DNA of 64,000 nucleotides from Laetmonice hystrix (taxonomy: Eukaryota). Where the stretch lies: contig OZ249442.1 in the NCBI GenBank assembly GCA_965235115.1, positions 1,798,001-1,862,000 on the forward strand, written 5' to 3'. The notes beneath the pieces were generated by a model. It worked only from the letters and a program-made list of their open reading frames with translations. It was not told the DNA's origin and made no database searches. Below, in pieces: positions 12,259-24,185 of the stretch (its first letter is position 1; each line of letters begins with the position of its first letter). The position numbers and the translations under genes were made by a program.

Positions 12259-14699
12259 ATCTCCAACACATCACTGACTTAATATAATCATGATATGACT
12301 CAGTGAAGTACATCTGACTCGGCATTTCTTCCCCCAAGAGCAATTTTTTTTGTTATTGTATTATAGCAGAGGTAGTAATTCATTTGAAAATTTTCTGATC
12401 ATTTTCTTTATCACTATGAACGCTGTGAACGTTCCGCTGCCAACAACACATTACAATTAGTTTGAGCTTCAGAAGAACGAACTCCTAGATTGGCCTATGT
12501 TCCTTCACAACTGTAGTTTTATTAATGACCCTCCCTCAGATCTGGACATTATCTTCCCAGACTGTATTCAAAACGACTTTTCTTACATCAGAACATAATG
12601 AAACTGGGTCAAGGTCTGGTCCTGTGGCTATAACCATGACAATGAGGGGATAACATCCAATCATCTAGACATTATCTCATCATTCCAAAACTTTGCTTCA
12701 GCTAACATCGATATATATTTCCTATTGATACATAGATCTATAATTAATGGACGAATATGCAACTCAGTTTTCATTTCTGTTTACTTTGTACACATGTACT
12801 TTAAATGTCGCAGGTTATTTTGACTTAGCCACCTAAAGTAGTGGATGTTCCATTTTTAATGTTTTAGAGATTTTATGCAATGTTCAAAGGTGTTAGCTGA
12901 GACCTAGAACTGTATATTGATACATTATAACAGTTAAACTGTAAATAACATCTGTAAATAGCCTTAATTCAAACTCAACAGGGTGGATACTAAAGGCCTG
13001 CACCAGGTAAGTCTTCTTCCATGAGGGAAACTCGGCCGCACTCCATACTCAAAGTCAAAGATTGTTTTGTAAGCATTCAGTACTGGTTGGATGTACATGA
13101 CAGTCTTTCAATTTGTATTATGTACATCCGGTATATAAAAATGATTATACGTAATGACTGTTATCAATACATCATAACATTATGGCATGTACAACGAGTG
13201 GTTCATGGAATGGCTATATGCAAGACAAAATCTAACTAAAGACTGAACGTAACAGTCATTTTCATAGTTGGACAGTACATTTTGCAGTGCATGTAAGACT
13301 GTCTAGCCTAATCGATATCAATTGACTCAAGCTCACAGACACAGGAAACCATTTGCTAATCTGGAAATATTTAGACACCTTCAAACTTGGTTTTGAACCA
13401 AAAATAATTAATGAACACATGTTGCAGTAATGCACTGATTCAAGTGGAGACATTTTCTTGTATGGTACGGCATCTGATGGACATTTTGCAATGATTTTTA
13501 AGTACGTCACTAAACAGACATTACATTCTTAAACTCAATCACAAGTCAAAGTGCTCTGAAAACTCATTCAAAATCACCTTTAAAAGTTCAAAAATTTAGG
13601 AGAAAAAAAAATTACTTTTTAGACAAATTCTTTTCATATCATTCCATGTAAAGGTTTTAACTTTGTCCTTGGACAGGAAACAGAACCTAAATAAGTTAGC
13701 TTCTGCTTAAAGTAGGTACAAACAAAATCAGAAATAAACCAGGAACCATGAATAATCACTAATCCTCAGTTAAATATTCTATAAATAATAACTGTGCCTG
13801 AAGAGAAAAACAACATAATTATTTCACACTCCCAGGGTCAACCTTCATAACATTTACAGCTATACAGACCAGCATTTTCTTTTAATTTGTGGAACTTTGT
13901 ACAATTGCACTGCACAAGTTGTAATAACATCAATATAAAAAATTTTGACAATAAGTTGAATAACAACAGTTTACTATGAACTTTTGCCTCATCTATACAA
14001 AGCTATTAATTCAACTGATACATTTATGCTGTAATAGAGACTCAAATTGGCATGGAAAACTTTGTGGAATGATGAAGAATATAGATATAATATGAACTTA
14101 TATACACAGAATAATCCACGAATGAAGTTCTTAAATGTACATCATTTCTTCAATCTTCAGGAGTTCTATTGTTCCTTTAGTTATTCCCTTTTCATATGAT
14201 GAACAACAACTTTAGTAATGCTATATTCTTACTCTCAGATAACTAACCACATCTCTTTGGTCAGAGGCTCCTCGACATGTAGAAAATACTGATATTGTAA
14301 AAGTAACATAGTAAATGAAATGTTTCAGTATACGACTTCCCAATCTGCATGATAAAGACTGCTACAACCATCAAGAGCTGGTTTACTTCGGATCAAACTA
14401 ATTTCAAATGATCAATCAAAAAATACAGCTGAAAAAACATTCCTTTTTGAGTTGCATTCAAAATAAGGGAATTGATATGTATTGTACTGATACTAACATG
14501 ATAAAAATGATATCTAACGGAGTTGCACTCTGACTGAACCAGTACCACGGACATAACTATGAACATAACTATATCTACAGACTCTTAGATACTTAATGCA
14601 GATTATGTATGTGTGCTTGTAGGTACTAATAACAATGATCAAAGTTATTTTCACAAAATGTTACTCCGTCAGATTTTGCTGTAGTAACACCGACATATC

Positions 14700-15878
14700 T
14701 CAATACAATGAAAAAGTACTGCGTCTTATTGCAGCGGACAGGAAAGGGTCAGGGTCCGGTTCCTCCGTCATGATGTTCACTCTCACCCACTCCTGGGTTT
14801 TACTAGACTTACGTACAGCATCCACAACTGTCTGAACATACATCGCATCATCAAATGTGGCTGCAACTGCAACGGGGTCTTTGCTCCAGCCATGCTTATC
14901 CTCAACTGACTTGAAAGCATCTTTGATGGAGTCAATCATTTTTATCAACCCTTTGAGATACGGAATGGGAATGTCTGCCCTTATACTTTCAGACACTCCT
15001 GACCTCTGCTCATCCAATATGTTGAGGACGTCACGGTGAATCACTTCTTCCTTGAGAGAATCGTGCTTTTGTCCATACAAATCTGAGCAACGAGCAACCA
15101 ATCGTCCCTTTGTTCCACAAACCAGGATTTCATGGACGTACTGTCCCGGCAAGTGATTGTTGAGCGTAACGGTAGCACACGCACCACCATTAAGTTCCAT
15201 CTGAAACGAGCAGAAGTCGTCGCTTGTAATCTGCCTGATTCCTCTTATCTTCTCGGTCTGTTTTGTGAAGGTTTTACAGATGCCATGAACTTGGGTAGCT
15301 CGTTCACCGGTGAGAAATGTGATAATATCAGTGATGATACTGCCGTGCATGTTGAGTACTCCACCTCCCATCAGTTCGTCACACATCCAGTCAAACTTAT
15401 CCTTTAACAGGCTCCCACAATGTACGCGTGCTTCACATATCTGAACATCTCCAACATATCCATCTTCAATTAGCTGTCGCATTTTAATAAAGCAAGGTAG
15501 AAAGCGAAGTCCATGGCACATGAGAGACATTAACGAGGGGTAATACTGAGCTGCATTCACCATACGAAGAGCTTCAAGCTGACTCGGTCCGGCTGGGGTC
15601 CCACAAATAACATGTTTGCCTATCCCTAGAGCTTTCACAGCAATGGGAGACTGTTGGTGTGGGGGACAGTTAATGAACACTAAGTCCACATTTTTATGTA
15701 GCAACACTTCGTCTACTTTGTTTGTGCTGAATGAAATCTCCAGATCGTGTGCTACATCATCGGCTTGGTCCTTAGTGCGGCCCCAGATAGCTTCTACCTT
15801 GAAACCACAACTCTTGAGGATGGGTACCAGACATTTGACGGCTGTGCCCGTGCCAAATACTCCTATACCAGGCAACAT
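14700..15878 (-). CDS. GFOD1: Glucose-fructose oxidoreductase domain-containing protein (Gfo/Idh/MocA family), single-exon CDS, 392 aa
   Basis: ORF MLPGIGVFGTG...LRFLPCFIKMRQLIEDGYVG...WMCDELMGGG...IRQITSDDFCSFQM...ATFDDAMYVQTVVDAVRKSSKTQEW...RRSTFSLY is colinear over its full length with animal GFOD1/GFOD2. Confidence 0.95.
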   Translation of the reverse strand: MLPGIGVFGTGTAVKCLVPILKSCGFKVEAIWGRTKDQADDVAHDLEISFSTNKVDEVLLHKNVDLVFINCPPHQQSPIAVKALGIGKHVICGTPAGPSQLEALRMVNAAQYYPSLMSLMCHGLRFLPCFIKMRQLIEDGYVGDVQICEARVHCGSLLKDKFDWMCDELMGGGVLNMHGSIITDIITFLTGERATQVHGICKTFTKQTEKIRGIRQITSDDFCSFQMELNGGACATVTLNNHLPGQYVHEILVCGTKGRLVARCSDLYGQKHDSLKEEVIHRDVLNILDEQRSGVSESIRADIPIPYLKGLIKMIDSIKDAFKSVEDKHGWSKDPVAVAATFDDAMYVQTVVDAVRKSSKTQEWVRVNIMTEEPDPDPFLSAAIRRSTFSLY

Positions 15879-16317
15879 CCTTCAGCTACGGCCACGTAAA
15901 CTACACGCAAACTGATCCTATGTGCTTCTGCTCAAACACACTTGTAATTTCTCCATGCTGTCAAATTTTACGTCAGACATCACGACAAAACAGTAGGAAA
16001 ACTGCTCAACTCTAACCGCACCCTCCATCTTGTTTGTCTGCGGAAGTCATGAACGGTAACATTCTACGACAATAGAACATAAGAAAAAAATAAGTTTTTT
16101 GTTTGTTTTCTATGGCAAATATCTAAGTAAAACAGAAGAAATAATCCTTTTCTGACCATATACTCTTAATATGACCTAAAACTCTAAGGATTTCTATGAA
16201 GGTTGATTACGACATCGAGGAGGTTTAATGTGTTCACTGCGGCTGCGCAGAGCGCGTAAACGACCGACCGACCAGCTGATCGGACCGGAGGGGGAGGGGT
16301 CGCGGGCACAGGCCGAG
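15879..16317. promoter_or_regulatory. Putative bidirectional promoter of GFOD1 and MSRA, including probable non-coding MSRA exon 1
   Basis: Head-to-head genes about 1.1 kb apart (ATG to ATG). ETS-like CGGAAGT at about 16040; GC-rich segment ending in strong donor GAG/GTAAGG at 16317; acceptors tgtcag/ and ccaag/ just upstream of the MSRA ATG. Confidence 0.6.
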
Positions 16318-17003
16318 GTAAGGCGGCACGGGCCGGTAACATGTAGTCATACTTTAACCTAGTCGTTGATAAAGAAACCATGATTTTATACTAAACCAGG
16401 GCGTGGATAGATGTCATGCGCGCTTGATAGGCAAGCATTGCAATTTTACATCGGCAGGACTTTGAGTAGGGCAAGTTGTGCAGGGCTGAGCATCCACTGA
16501 TCGAGGGACCTAGCTGTCTGTCTAGAAAGTAGGTCCAGGGCAGTCTGGGTTGCCGGGCGGAGCTGAGTGCAAAAAGGCCAAGGCCGCCAAAAAATGTATT
16601 TAGCTCTGTCTGGGCCGTGTCTGGCTCGGATTTCTAGACCATAGGTAATTGTGAATCCAACCATGCAGAAATGAAAGAAATTAATCAGTCATGTAACATA
16701 TATAACGTTACAGCCTAATGCTGTTACTTGGATTGGAAGTCTGTAAATGTATGACAAGGGCAAGGGCAAGGGCAAGTTGTGTATAGTACTTATTACTATA
16801 GTCTATACACAACTTGCGCTTGCAATATACAAATGTATATTGGAATTTAATAGTGTTGTTTATTTTATCATGAGAATAATGTTCTACAGTATTGTAGGGG
16901 TAAGATTTTTTAATAGGCTATATTATAACCCTGCATTATAAAGCTTTTGCTATTAATATTTGTCAGTCTTCCAAGATACCACCACCATCGGCAGCACTTC
17001 AAC

Positions 17004-18426
17004 ATGCCACCACCATCAACACTGCGGTCACCACCCGTACACCCGGTGGGGACTGAGAAGGCCACCTTTGGTATGTCCTGATTCTGGTTCCCTGAAGCCA
17101 TCTTTGGTGCAGCACCAGGAGTAATTCGCACCAGAGTTGGCTTCGCAGGGGGAACCACTGCAAACCCAACATACCAACACATGTAAGATTTTACATTATG
17201 TTTTTTGTCTGTATAATGTCTGCATGTCTGTATGAAAGTTTTGATAATTACACAAAAATGAAGATACAATAAGGGATATGTTAAATGATAGCAGAATTGG
17301 CATTGAATGTTTTTATAGCTGATGTTAAAAACAGGATAAAAACTGATATGTTTGCAATGGATCCTGGGACTGAATATTAGCTTTTTAATTATTACAACAT
17401 AAAACTTCTTTTCTCAGCATCTATTTGTTGTAAATGAATGACAACAATTAAATGTCTTTTTCCTTGTTTCTTTAAGCGGGAACCATACAGAAACTATTGA
17501 CATTGACTTTGACCCATCCAACACTGACTACAAGACACTCCTTAACATGTTCTGGAAGAATCACAACTCCACCTCCCACAGCAGCCCCCAGTACATGTCG
17601 GCGATATTCTACCACAATGAAGACCAACAAAAATTGGCTGAAACAAGTAAGGAAGAAGAGCAGGTCCACCTTTCACAACCAATCAGAACCCGGATCAGCT
17701 CAGCTGGACAGTTCTTCAATGCTGAAAGGTGAGTTTTACAAAGTTTACATTGTTATCAGCATGATTGACAGAGAAAACAAATGTTATGTTTTAAAATGAG
17801 TGTAAACCTAATGATTGATCTGACGTGTCAAACACTGTTAATTTGTTTGTTTCTCAGTTATCACCAGAAGTACATGTTGAGGCGTCACGGTGATCTGTTG
17901 AATAGTCTGAACTTGACAGACGAGCAGCTGATCGACTCCCATGTGGCAGCAAGACTCAACGGTTATGTCGCCAGCAATGGAAAGCTAGAACTGTTTGAAA
18001 AGGTATAGCAAAATTGATTTGTATTGTTCTAGATTTTGGTTAAGAAACTGAGAAAAACGTTGTCATACTATTTCAAGGCATCAGTTCACCACGATAAACG
18101 TTAATGACACTAGGGGGCACTGTGTGTTCAATGATGTTACGTTGTTATTCACCAGGTGGCGACACCATATTGAGTTTTTTTTCGTCTCCTAGCAAACACT
18201 GAGTGCGTCATTTTCTGGTATTAAAACCAGAAACATATTTTGCACTTTATTTAACTAAATTACACCTCACGATTAACATGTTATAAAACAGTATTATTTT
18301 TGTGTAGCTGATGAAGAAGGGTACTGAAGTACAATATGTTCCTTACAGGAGGTGCCGACGTTTGGACTCAATGCCCGCCAGGTGGCCTACCTACGACGTA
18401 AACTGGTGTGTCAACGTAATCTTTAA
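17004..18426 (+). CDS. MSRA: Peptide methionine sulfoxide reductase A, selenocysteine form (UGA at catalytic position), about 217 aa
   Basis: Exons 17004-17182, 17477-17728, 17858-18002, 18349-18426 (GT-AG, phases 2/2/0, 654 nt). Protein MPPPSTLRSPPVHPVGTEKATFGMS[TGA 17079-17081]FWFPEAIFGAAPGVIRTRVGFAGGTTANPTYQHIGNHTE...MFWKNH...QYMSAIFYHNEDQ...FFNAESYHQKY...AARLNGY...KLVCQRNL*. TGA aligns to the Cys of the G-C-F-W motif and the rest is intact. Confidence 0.93.
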
Positions 18427-19205
18427 CAGATCACTGGCACAGTGACACACAGTCTCGTCCCTAGACCCCACTTATCTGACCAATACACCCTAACAGATCA
18501 GTGGCACAGTGACACACAGTCTCGTCCCTAGACCCCACTTATCTGACCAATACACCCTAACAGATCACTGGCACAGTGACACACAGTCTCGTCCCTAGAC
18601 CCCACTTATCTGACCAATACACCCTAACAGATCACTGGCACAGTGACACACAGTCTCGTCCCTAGACCCCACTTATCTGACCAATACACCCTAACAGATC
18701 ACTGGCACAGTGACACACAGTCTCGTCCCTAGACCCCACGTATCTGACCAATACACCCTAACAGATCACTGGCACAGTGACACACAGTCTCGTCCCTAGA
18801 CCCCACTTATCTGACCAACAGATCACTGGCACAGTGACACACAGTCTCGTCCCTAGACCCCACTTATCTGACCAATACACCCTAACAGATCACTGGCACA
18901 GTGACACACAGTCTCGTCCCTAGACCCCACGTATCTGACCAATACACCCTAACAGATCACTGGCACAGTGACACACAGTCTCGTCCCTAGACCCCACTTA
19001 TCTGACCAACAGATCACTGGCACAGTGACACACAGTCTCGTCCCTAGACCCCACTTATCTGACCATACACCCTAACAGATCACTGGCACAGTGACACACA
19101 GTCTCGTCCCTAGACCCCACTTATCTGACCAATACACCCTAACAGATCACTGGCACAGTGACACACAGTCTCGTCCCTAGACCCCACTTATCTGACCATA
19201 CACCA
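18424..19205. repeat. 67-bp minisatellite starting at the MSRA stop codon
   Basis: taacagatcactggcacagtgacacacagtctcgtccctagaccccacttatctgaccaatacaccc, about 12 copies; the first TAA is the stop. Confidence 0.95.
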
Positions 19206-19534
19206 TGTACCAGATATCTTCCACCCACATATAGTCACGGATGCCTTTCCTGCAGTATGTCCTGGGAGTATGTTATCCCATAAGTATGTAGAAGGATGGT
19301 AGCAAGACTAGAAGACAGGATTTACAAGCAAATGTAGGCCCTGTATAGGTCGAGGCCCATAACAGGAAAACGAGGGCTAGAAAGCAGACCTGTTCTACCT
19401 AATTTTCAGAAATGTACAATTTAGATTTAACGATGCGTATTTGTTCCACCCTTATTTATTTTACATTATTGGTCGGTTTTTGTAACGATGTCTTCAGAAG
19501 CCTGCCGTGTCTAGTTCTGTACTTCGCCGTTAGG

Positions 19535-19602
19535 GGGCCTTCATGAAGTACGTTGGTAAAACCAAGGTGACTTGTGTCCAGCGGACGGAAAATATTTGGT
19601 CA
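19535..19602 (+). ncRNA. SECIS-like element (type II) in MSRA 3' UTR
   Basis: ATGAA core (19543-19547); helix II gtacgttgg pairs with ccagcggac (8/9); apical AAAA (19558-19561); mini-stem caag-GTGA-cttg; 3' core GGAA (19587-19590). Spacing fits ATGA-N11-12-AA-N27-28-GA. Folded by hand only. Confidence 0.75.
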
Positions 19603-19764
19603 CAGTAACACGGAACTAGACACGTGATCTTGTGGCTACATCTCAGTAACACGGAACTAGACACGTGATCTTGTGGCTACATCTCAGTAACACGGAACTA
19701 GACACGTGATCTTGTGGCTACATCTCAGTAACACGGAACTAGACACGTGATCTTGTGGCTACAT
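19603..19764. repeat. 41-bp repeat x4 directly after the SECIS
   Basis: cagtaacacggaactagacacgtgatcttgtggctacatct. Confidence 0.9.
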
Positions 19765-20787
19765 TGTTTTGCAATATAACAGTTTCTTTCGACCTCTAAT
19801 TCTCATTTGGATTTAATTCATTAAAAAGCTTGATTATCAATAACAATCTCCCCCCCCCCCCAACGTTCGAATACGAGTACTTGCATACATATCAGATTAG
19901 GAAGAACATGACACAAGCCGAGTCAGGGTATAGTGTATCATAGAACCAGTATGTAGCGGGCACACATGATATAGTACCGGTATACTGGATACAGCCCATA
20001 TATAGCCTTGATGCGTGCGAATAACGTTAAGAAATCGTTTTATGTGTACATATATCCGTAGTGTAGATCGAAGCTTTACACCCTTTGAAGATTTACATAA
20101 AAAGCTGATGGTAGCGAATAGGTGTGTTCATTGTTGTGGAAGTAGGGATTTCAAATCTAGCGGTTTCATCTTCAGGTTTTAAAAAGTTATAAACAAATAA
20201 ACATCAATGTTGGGGTTTTCTACTGGATTTCACCTTTTATGGGGAGTTGAAGCGTTTTGGGGGCACTGCCTAGGGGTACGCTTTTGGGAAAAAAATGAAG
20301 CCAGAAAACTGTGGGGGGAAGTAACCGAATTTTAGGGAGGAAGCCCCCCTCCCCCTCCAAATACTAAAACAAGCATGGGGGAAGCTCTGATTATATGCAG
20401 CAGTAAAGTCGACCAGTTTTGAGTCTACCATACAGAACAATGTCCTCACTCATGCTGCCACGCATGCAGCGAGATTCATCATTCTCAGCGTATTACAATT
20501 ATAATCGGGCTACATGTGCGTATTACATTATAATCAGGCTACATGTGCGTATTACATTATAGCTATTGTATATATTATATCTTATCAATATTAAAAGTAA
20601 TTCGATGTAATATCCGTTTAGGTTCGAATATTTATTCATTTATAGTACTTCGGTGTGGGTTGATACTTTGTAATCCTTGAAGCTTTTGTTTCTTCGTTGT
20701 AGTTTCTCAATGTAAGGTATAAACCCAGAACTCTTTATCACCAAGGAAACTACATTGTATATGTGTGTAGGCTCGTAAATATCCCTC

Positions 20788-22035
20788 ATGGGCACAGCTG
20801 TCAAGGTAAAATGTAGAACAGCGTATCAGGATATCCATTATGGGTACAGCTGCCAAGGTATAATGTAGAACAGCGTATCAGAATATCCATTATGGGTACA
20901 GCTGCCAAGGTATAATGTAGAACAGCGTATCAGAATATCCATTGGGTACAGCTGCCAAGGTATAATGTAGAACAGCGTATTAGAATATCCATTGGGTACA
21001 GCTGCCAAGGTATAATGTAGAACAGCGTATCAGAATATCCATTGGGTACAGCTGCCAAGGTATAATGTAGAACAGCGTATCAAAATATCCATTGGGTACA
21101 GCTGCCAAGGTATAATGTAGAACAGCGTATCAGAATATCCATTGGGTACAGCTGCCAAGGTATAATGTAGAACAGCGTATCAGAATATCCATTATGGGTA
21201 CAGCTGCCAAGGTATAATGTAGAACAGCGTATCAGAATATCCATTATGGGTACAGCTGCCAAGGTATAATGTAGAACAGCGTATCAGAATATCCATTATG
21301 GGTACAGCTGCCAAGGTATAATGTAGAACAGCGTATCAGAATATCCATTATGGGTACAGCTGCCAAGGTATAATGTAGAACAGCGTATCAGAATATCCAT
21401 TATGGGTACAGCTGCCAAGGTATAATGTAGAACAGCGTATCAGAATATCCATTATGGGTACAGCTGCCAAGGTATAATGTAGAACAGCGTATCAGAATAT
21501 CCATTATGGGTACAGCTGCCAAGGTATAATGTACACCGATCGTTCTGAGACCGTTACCGTATTGATACGATTGTACACCTATCGTTCTGAAACTGTTACC
21601 CTATTGATACGATTGTACACCTATCGTTCTGAGACTGTTACCGTATTGATACGATTGTACACCTATCGTTCTGAGACCGTTACCGTATTGATACGATTGT
21701 AATCCTATCGTTCTGAGACTGTTACCGTATTGATACGATTGTACACCTATCGTTCTGAGACTGTTACCGTATTGATACGATTGTACACCTATCGTTCTGA
21801 GACTGTTACCGTATTGATACGATTGTACACCTATCGTTTTGAGACCGTTACCGTATTGATACGATTGTACACCTATCGTTTTGAGACCGTTACCGTATTG
21901 ATACGATTGTACACCTATCGTTTTGAGACCGTTACCGTATTGATACGATTGTACACCGATCGTTCTGAGACTGTTACCGTATTGATACGATTGTACACCT
22001 ATCGTTTTGAGACCGTTACCGTATTGATACGATTA
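20788..22035. repeat. Adjacent 49/52-bp (to about 21533) and 42-bp minisatellites
   Basis: gggtacagctgccaaggtataatgtagaacagcgtatcagaatatccattat, then tacacctatcgttctgagactgttaccgtattgatacgattg. Confidence 0.95.
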
Positions 22036-22344
22036 TTTACCGAGATATGTAGAGTAAGTGGTAAGAAGTATTTTATCGAGATATAGAGTAGAGTAAGATA
22101 AGCAGAAGGCTGTTAACGGTTGGATGCACATTGTGGATCACTGTCGCAAGCGCACAAGGATCGAGACAGGACCGAAGCGGAATATCTGCTATCAGGGTTC
22201 AGAATGGTTGGTGGTGTGTCCACTTCACGAGAGTCGTCCGCCCCCGACCATACGGGACACTGTCCGTTTGTACAACCTCACACCCCCACCCCGCCTACAC
22301 TTACTGCTGTTTTCTAAATGTTTTCACAATTTTCAATTCTCAAC

Positions 22345-24185
22345 ATGTACCGATCGCCAGTATGTATAATTTTACCCCACCCAACATGTACCTATCGCCA
22401 GTTGTATGATTTTACCCCACCCAACATGTACCTATCGCCAGTTGTATGATTTTACCCCACCCAACATGTACCTATCGCCAGTATGTATGATTTTACCCCA
22501 CCCAACATGTACCTATCGACAGTATGTATGATTTTACCCCACCCAACATGTACCTATCGCCAGTATGTATGATTTTACCCCACCCAACATGTACCTATCG
22601 ACAGTATGTATGATTTTACCCCACCCAACATGTACCTATCGCCAGTATGTATAATTTTACCCCACCCAACATGTACCTATCGCCAGTTGTATGATTTTAC
22701 CCCACCCAACATGTACCTATCGCCAGTATGTATGATTTTACCCCACCCAACATGTACCTATCGACAGTATGTATGATTTTACCCCACCCAACATGTACCT
22801 ATCGACAGATGTATGATTTTACCCCACCCAACATGTACCGATCGACAGTATGTATGATTTTACCCCACCCAACATGTACCTATCGACAGTATGTATGATT
22901 TTACCCCACCCAACATGTACCTATCGCCAGTATGTATAATTTTACCCCACCCAACATGTACCTATCGCCAGTATGTATGATTTTACCCCACCCAACATGT
23001 ACCGATCGCCAGTATGTATGATTTTACCCCACCCAACATGTACCTATCGCCAGTATGTATGATTTTACCCCACCCAACATGTACCTATCGACAGTATGTA
23101 TGATTTTACCCCACCCAACATGTACCTATCGCCAGTATGTATTGTACCCCACCCAACATGTACCTATCGCCAGTATGTATGATTTTACCCCACCCAACAT
23201 GTACCTATCGCCAGTATGTATGATTTTACCCCACCCAACATGTACCTATCGCCAGTATGTATGATTTTACCCTGGCACCCAACATGTACCGATCGCCAGA
23301 TGTATGATTTTACCCTGGCACCCAACATGTACCTATCGCCAGATGTATGATTTTACCCCACCCAACATGTACCTATCGCCAGTATGTATGATTGTACCCC
23401 ACCCAACATGTACCTATCGCCAGTATGTATGATTTTACCCCACCCAACATGTACCTATCGCCAGTATGTATGATTTTACCCCACCCAACATGTACCTATC
23501 GACAGTATGTATGATTTTACCCCACCCAACATGTACCGATCGACAGTATGTATGATTGTACCCCACCCAACATGTCCCGATCGCCAGTATGTATGATTTT
23601 ACCCCACCCAACATGTACCTATCGCCAGTATGTATGATTTTACCCCACCCAACATGTACCTATCGCCAGTATGTATGATTTTACCCCACCCAACATGTAC
23701 CTAGATCGCCAGTATGTATGATTTTACCCCACCCAACATGTACCTATCGCCAGTATGTATGATTTTTTACCCCACCCAACATGTACCTATCGCCAGTATG
23801 TATGATTTTACCCCACCCAACATGTACCTAGATCGCCAGTATGTATGATTTTACCCCACCCAACATGTACCTATCGACAGATGTATGATTTTACCCCACC
23901 CAACATGTACCTGTCGCCAGTATGTATGATTTTTTACCCCACCCAACATGTACCTATCGCCAGTATGTATGATTTTACCCCACCCAACATGTACCTATCG
24001 CCAGTATGTATGATTTTACCCCACCCAACATGTACCTATCGCCAGTATGTATGATTTTACCCCACCCAACATGTACCGATCGCCAGATGTATGATTTTAC
24101 CCCACCCAACATGTACCTATCGCCAGTATGTATAATTTTACCCCACCCAACATACATACCTGTCGCCAGTATGTATGATTTTTTA
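22345..24185. repeat. 41-bp minisatellite
   Basis: atgtacctatcgccagtatgtatgattttaccccacccaac, about 45 copies. Confidence 0.95.

Noticed and set aside
16228-16317. Upstream ATG (MCSLRLRRARK...) as a targeting-peptide exon for MSRA
   Set aside because: It ends in phase 0, and both available acceptors put it out of frame with MSRA, reaching a stop; at most a uORF.
17004-17081. MSRA as a pseudogene with a premature stop
   Set aside because: The only lesion is TGA exactly at the catalytic Cys; splice sites and all motifs are intact and a SECIS-like hairpin is present.
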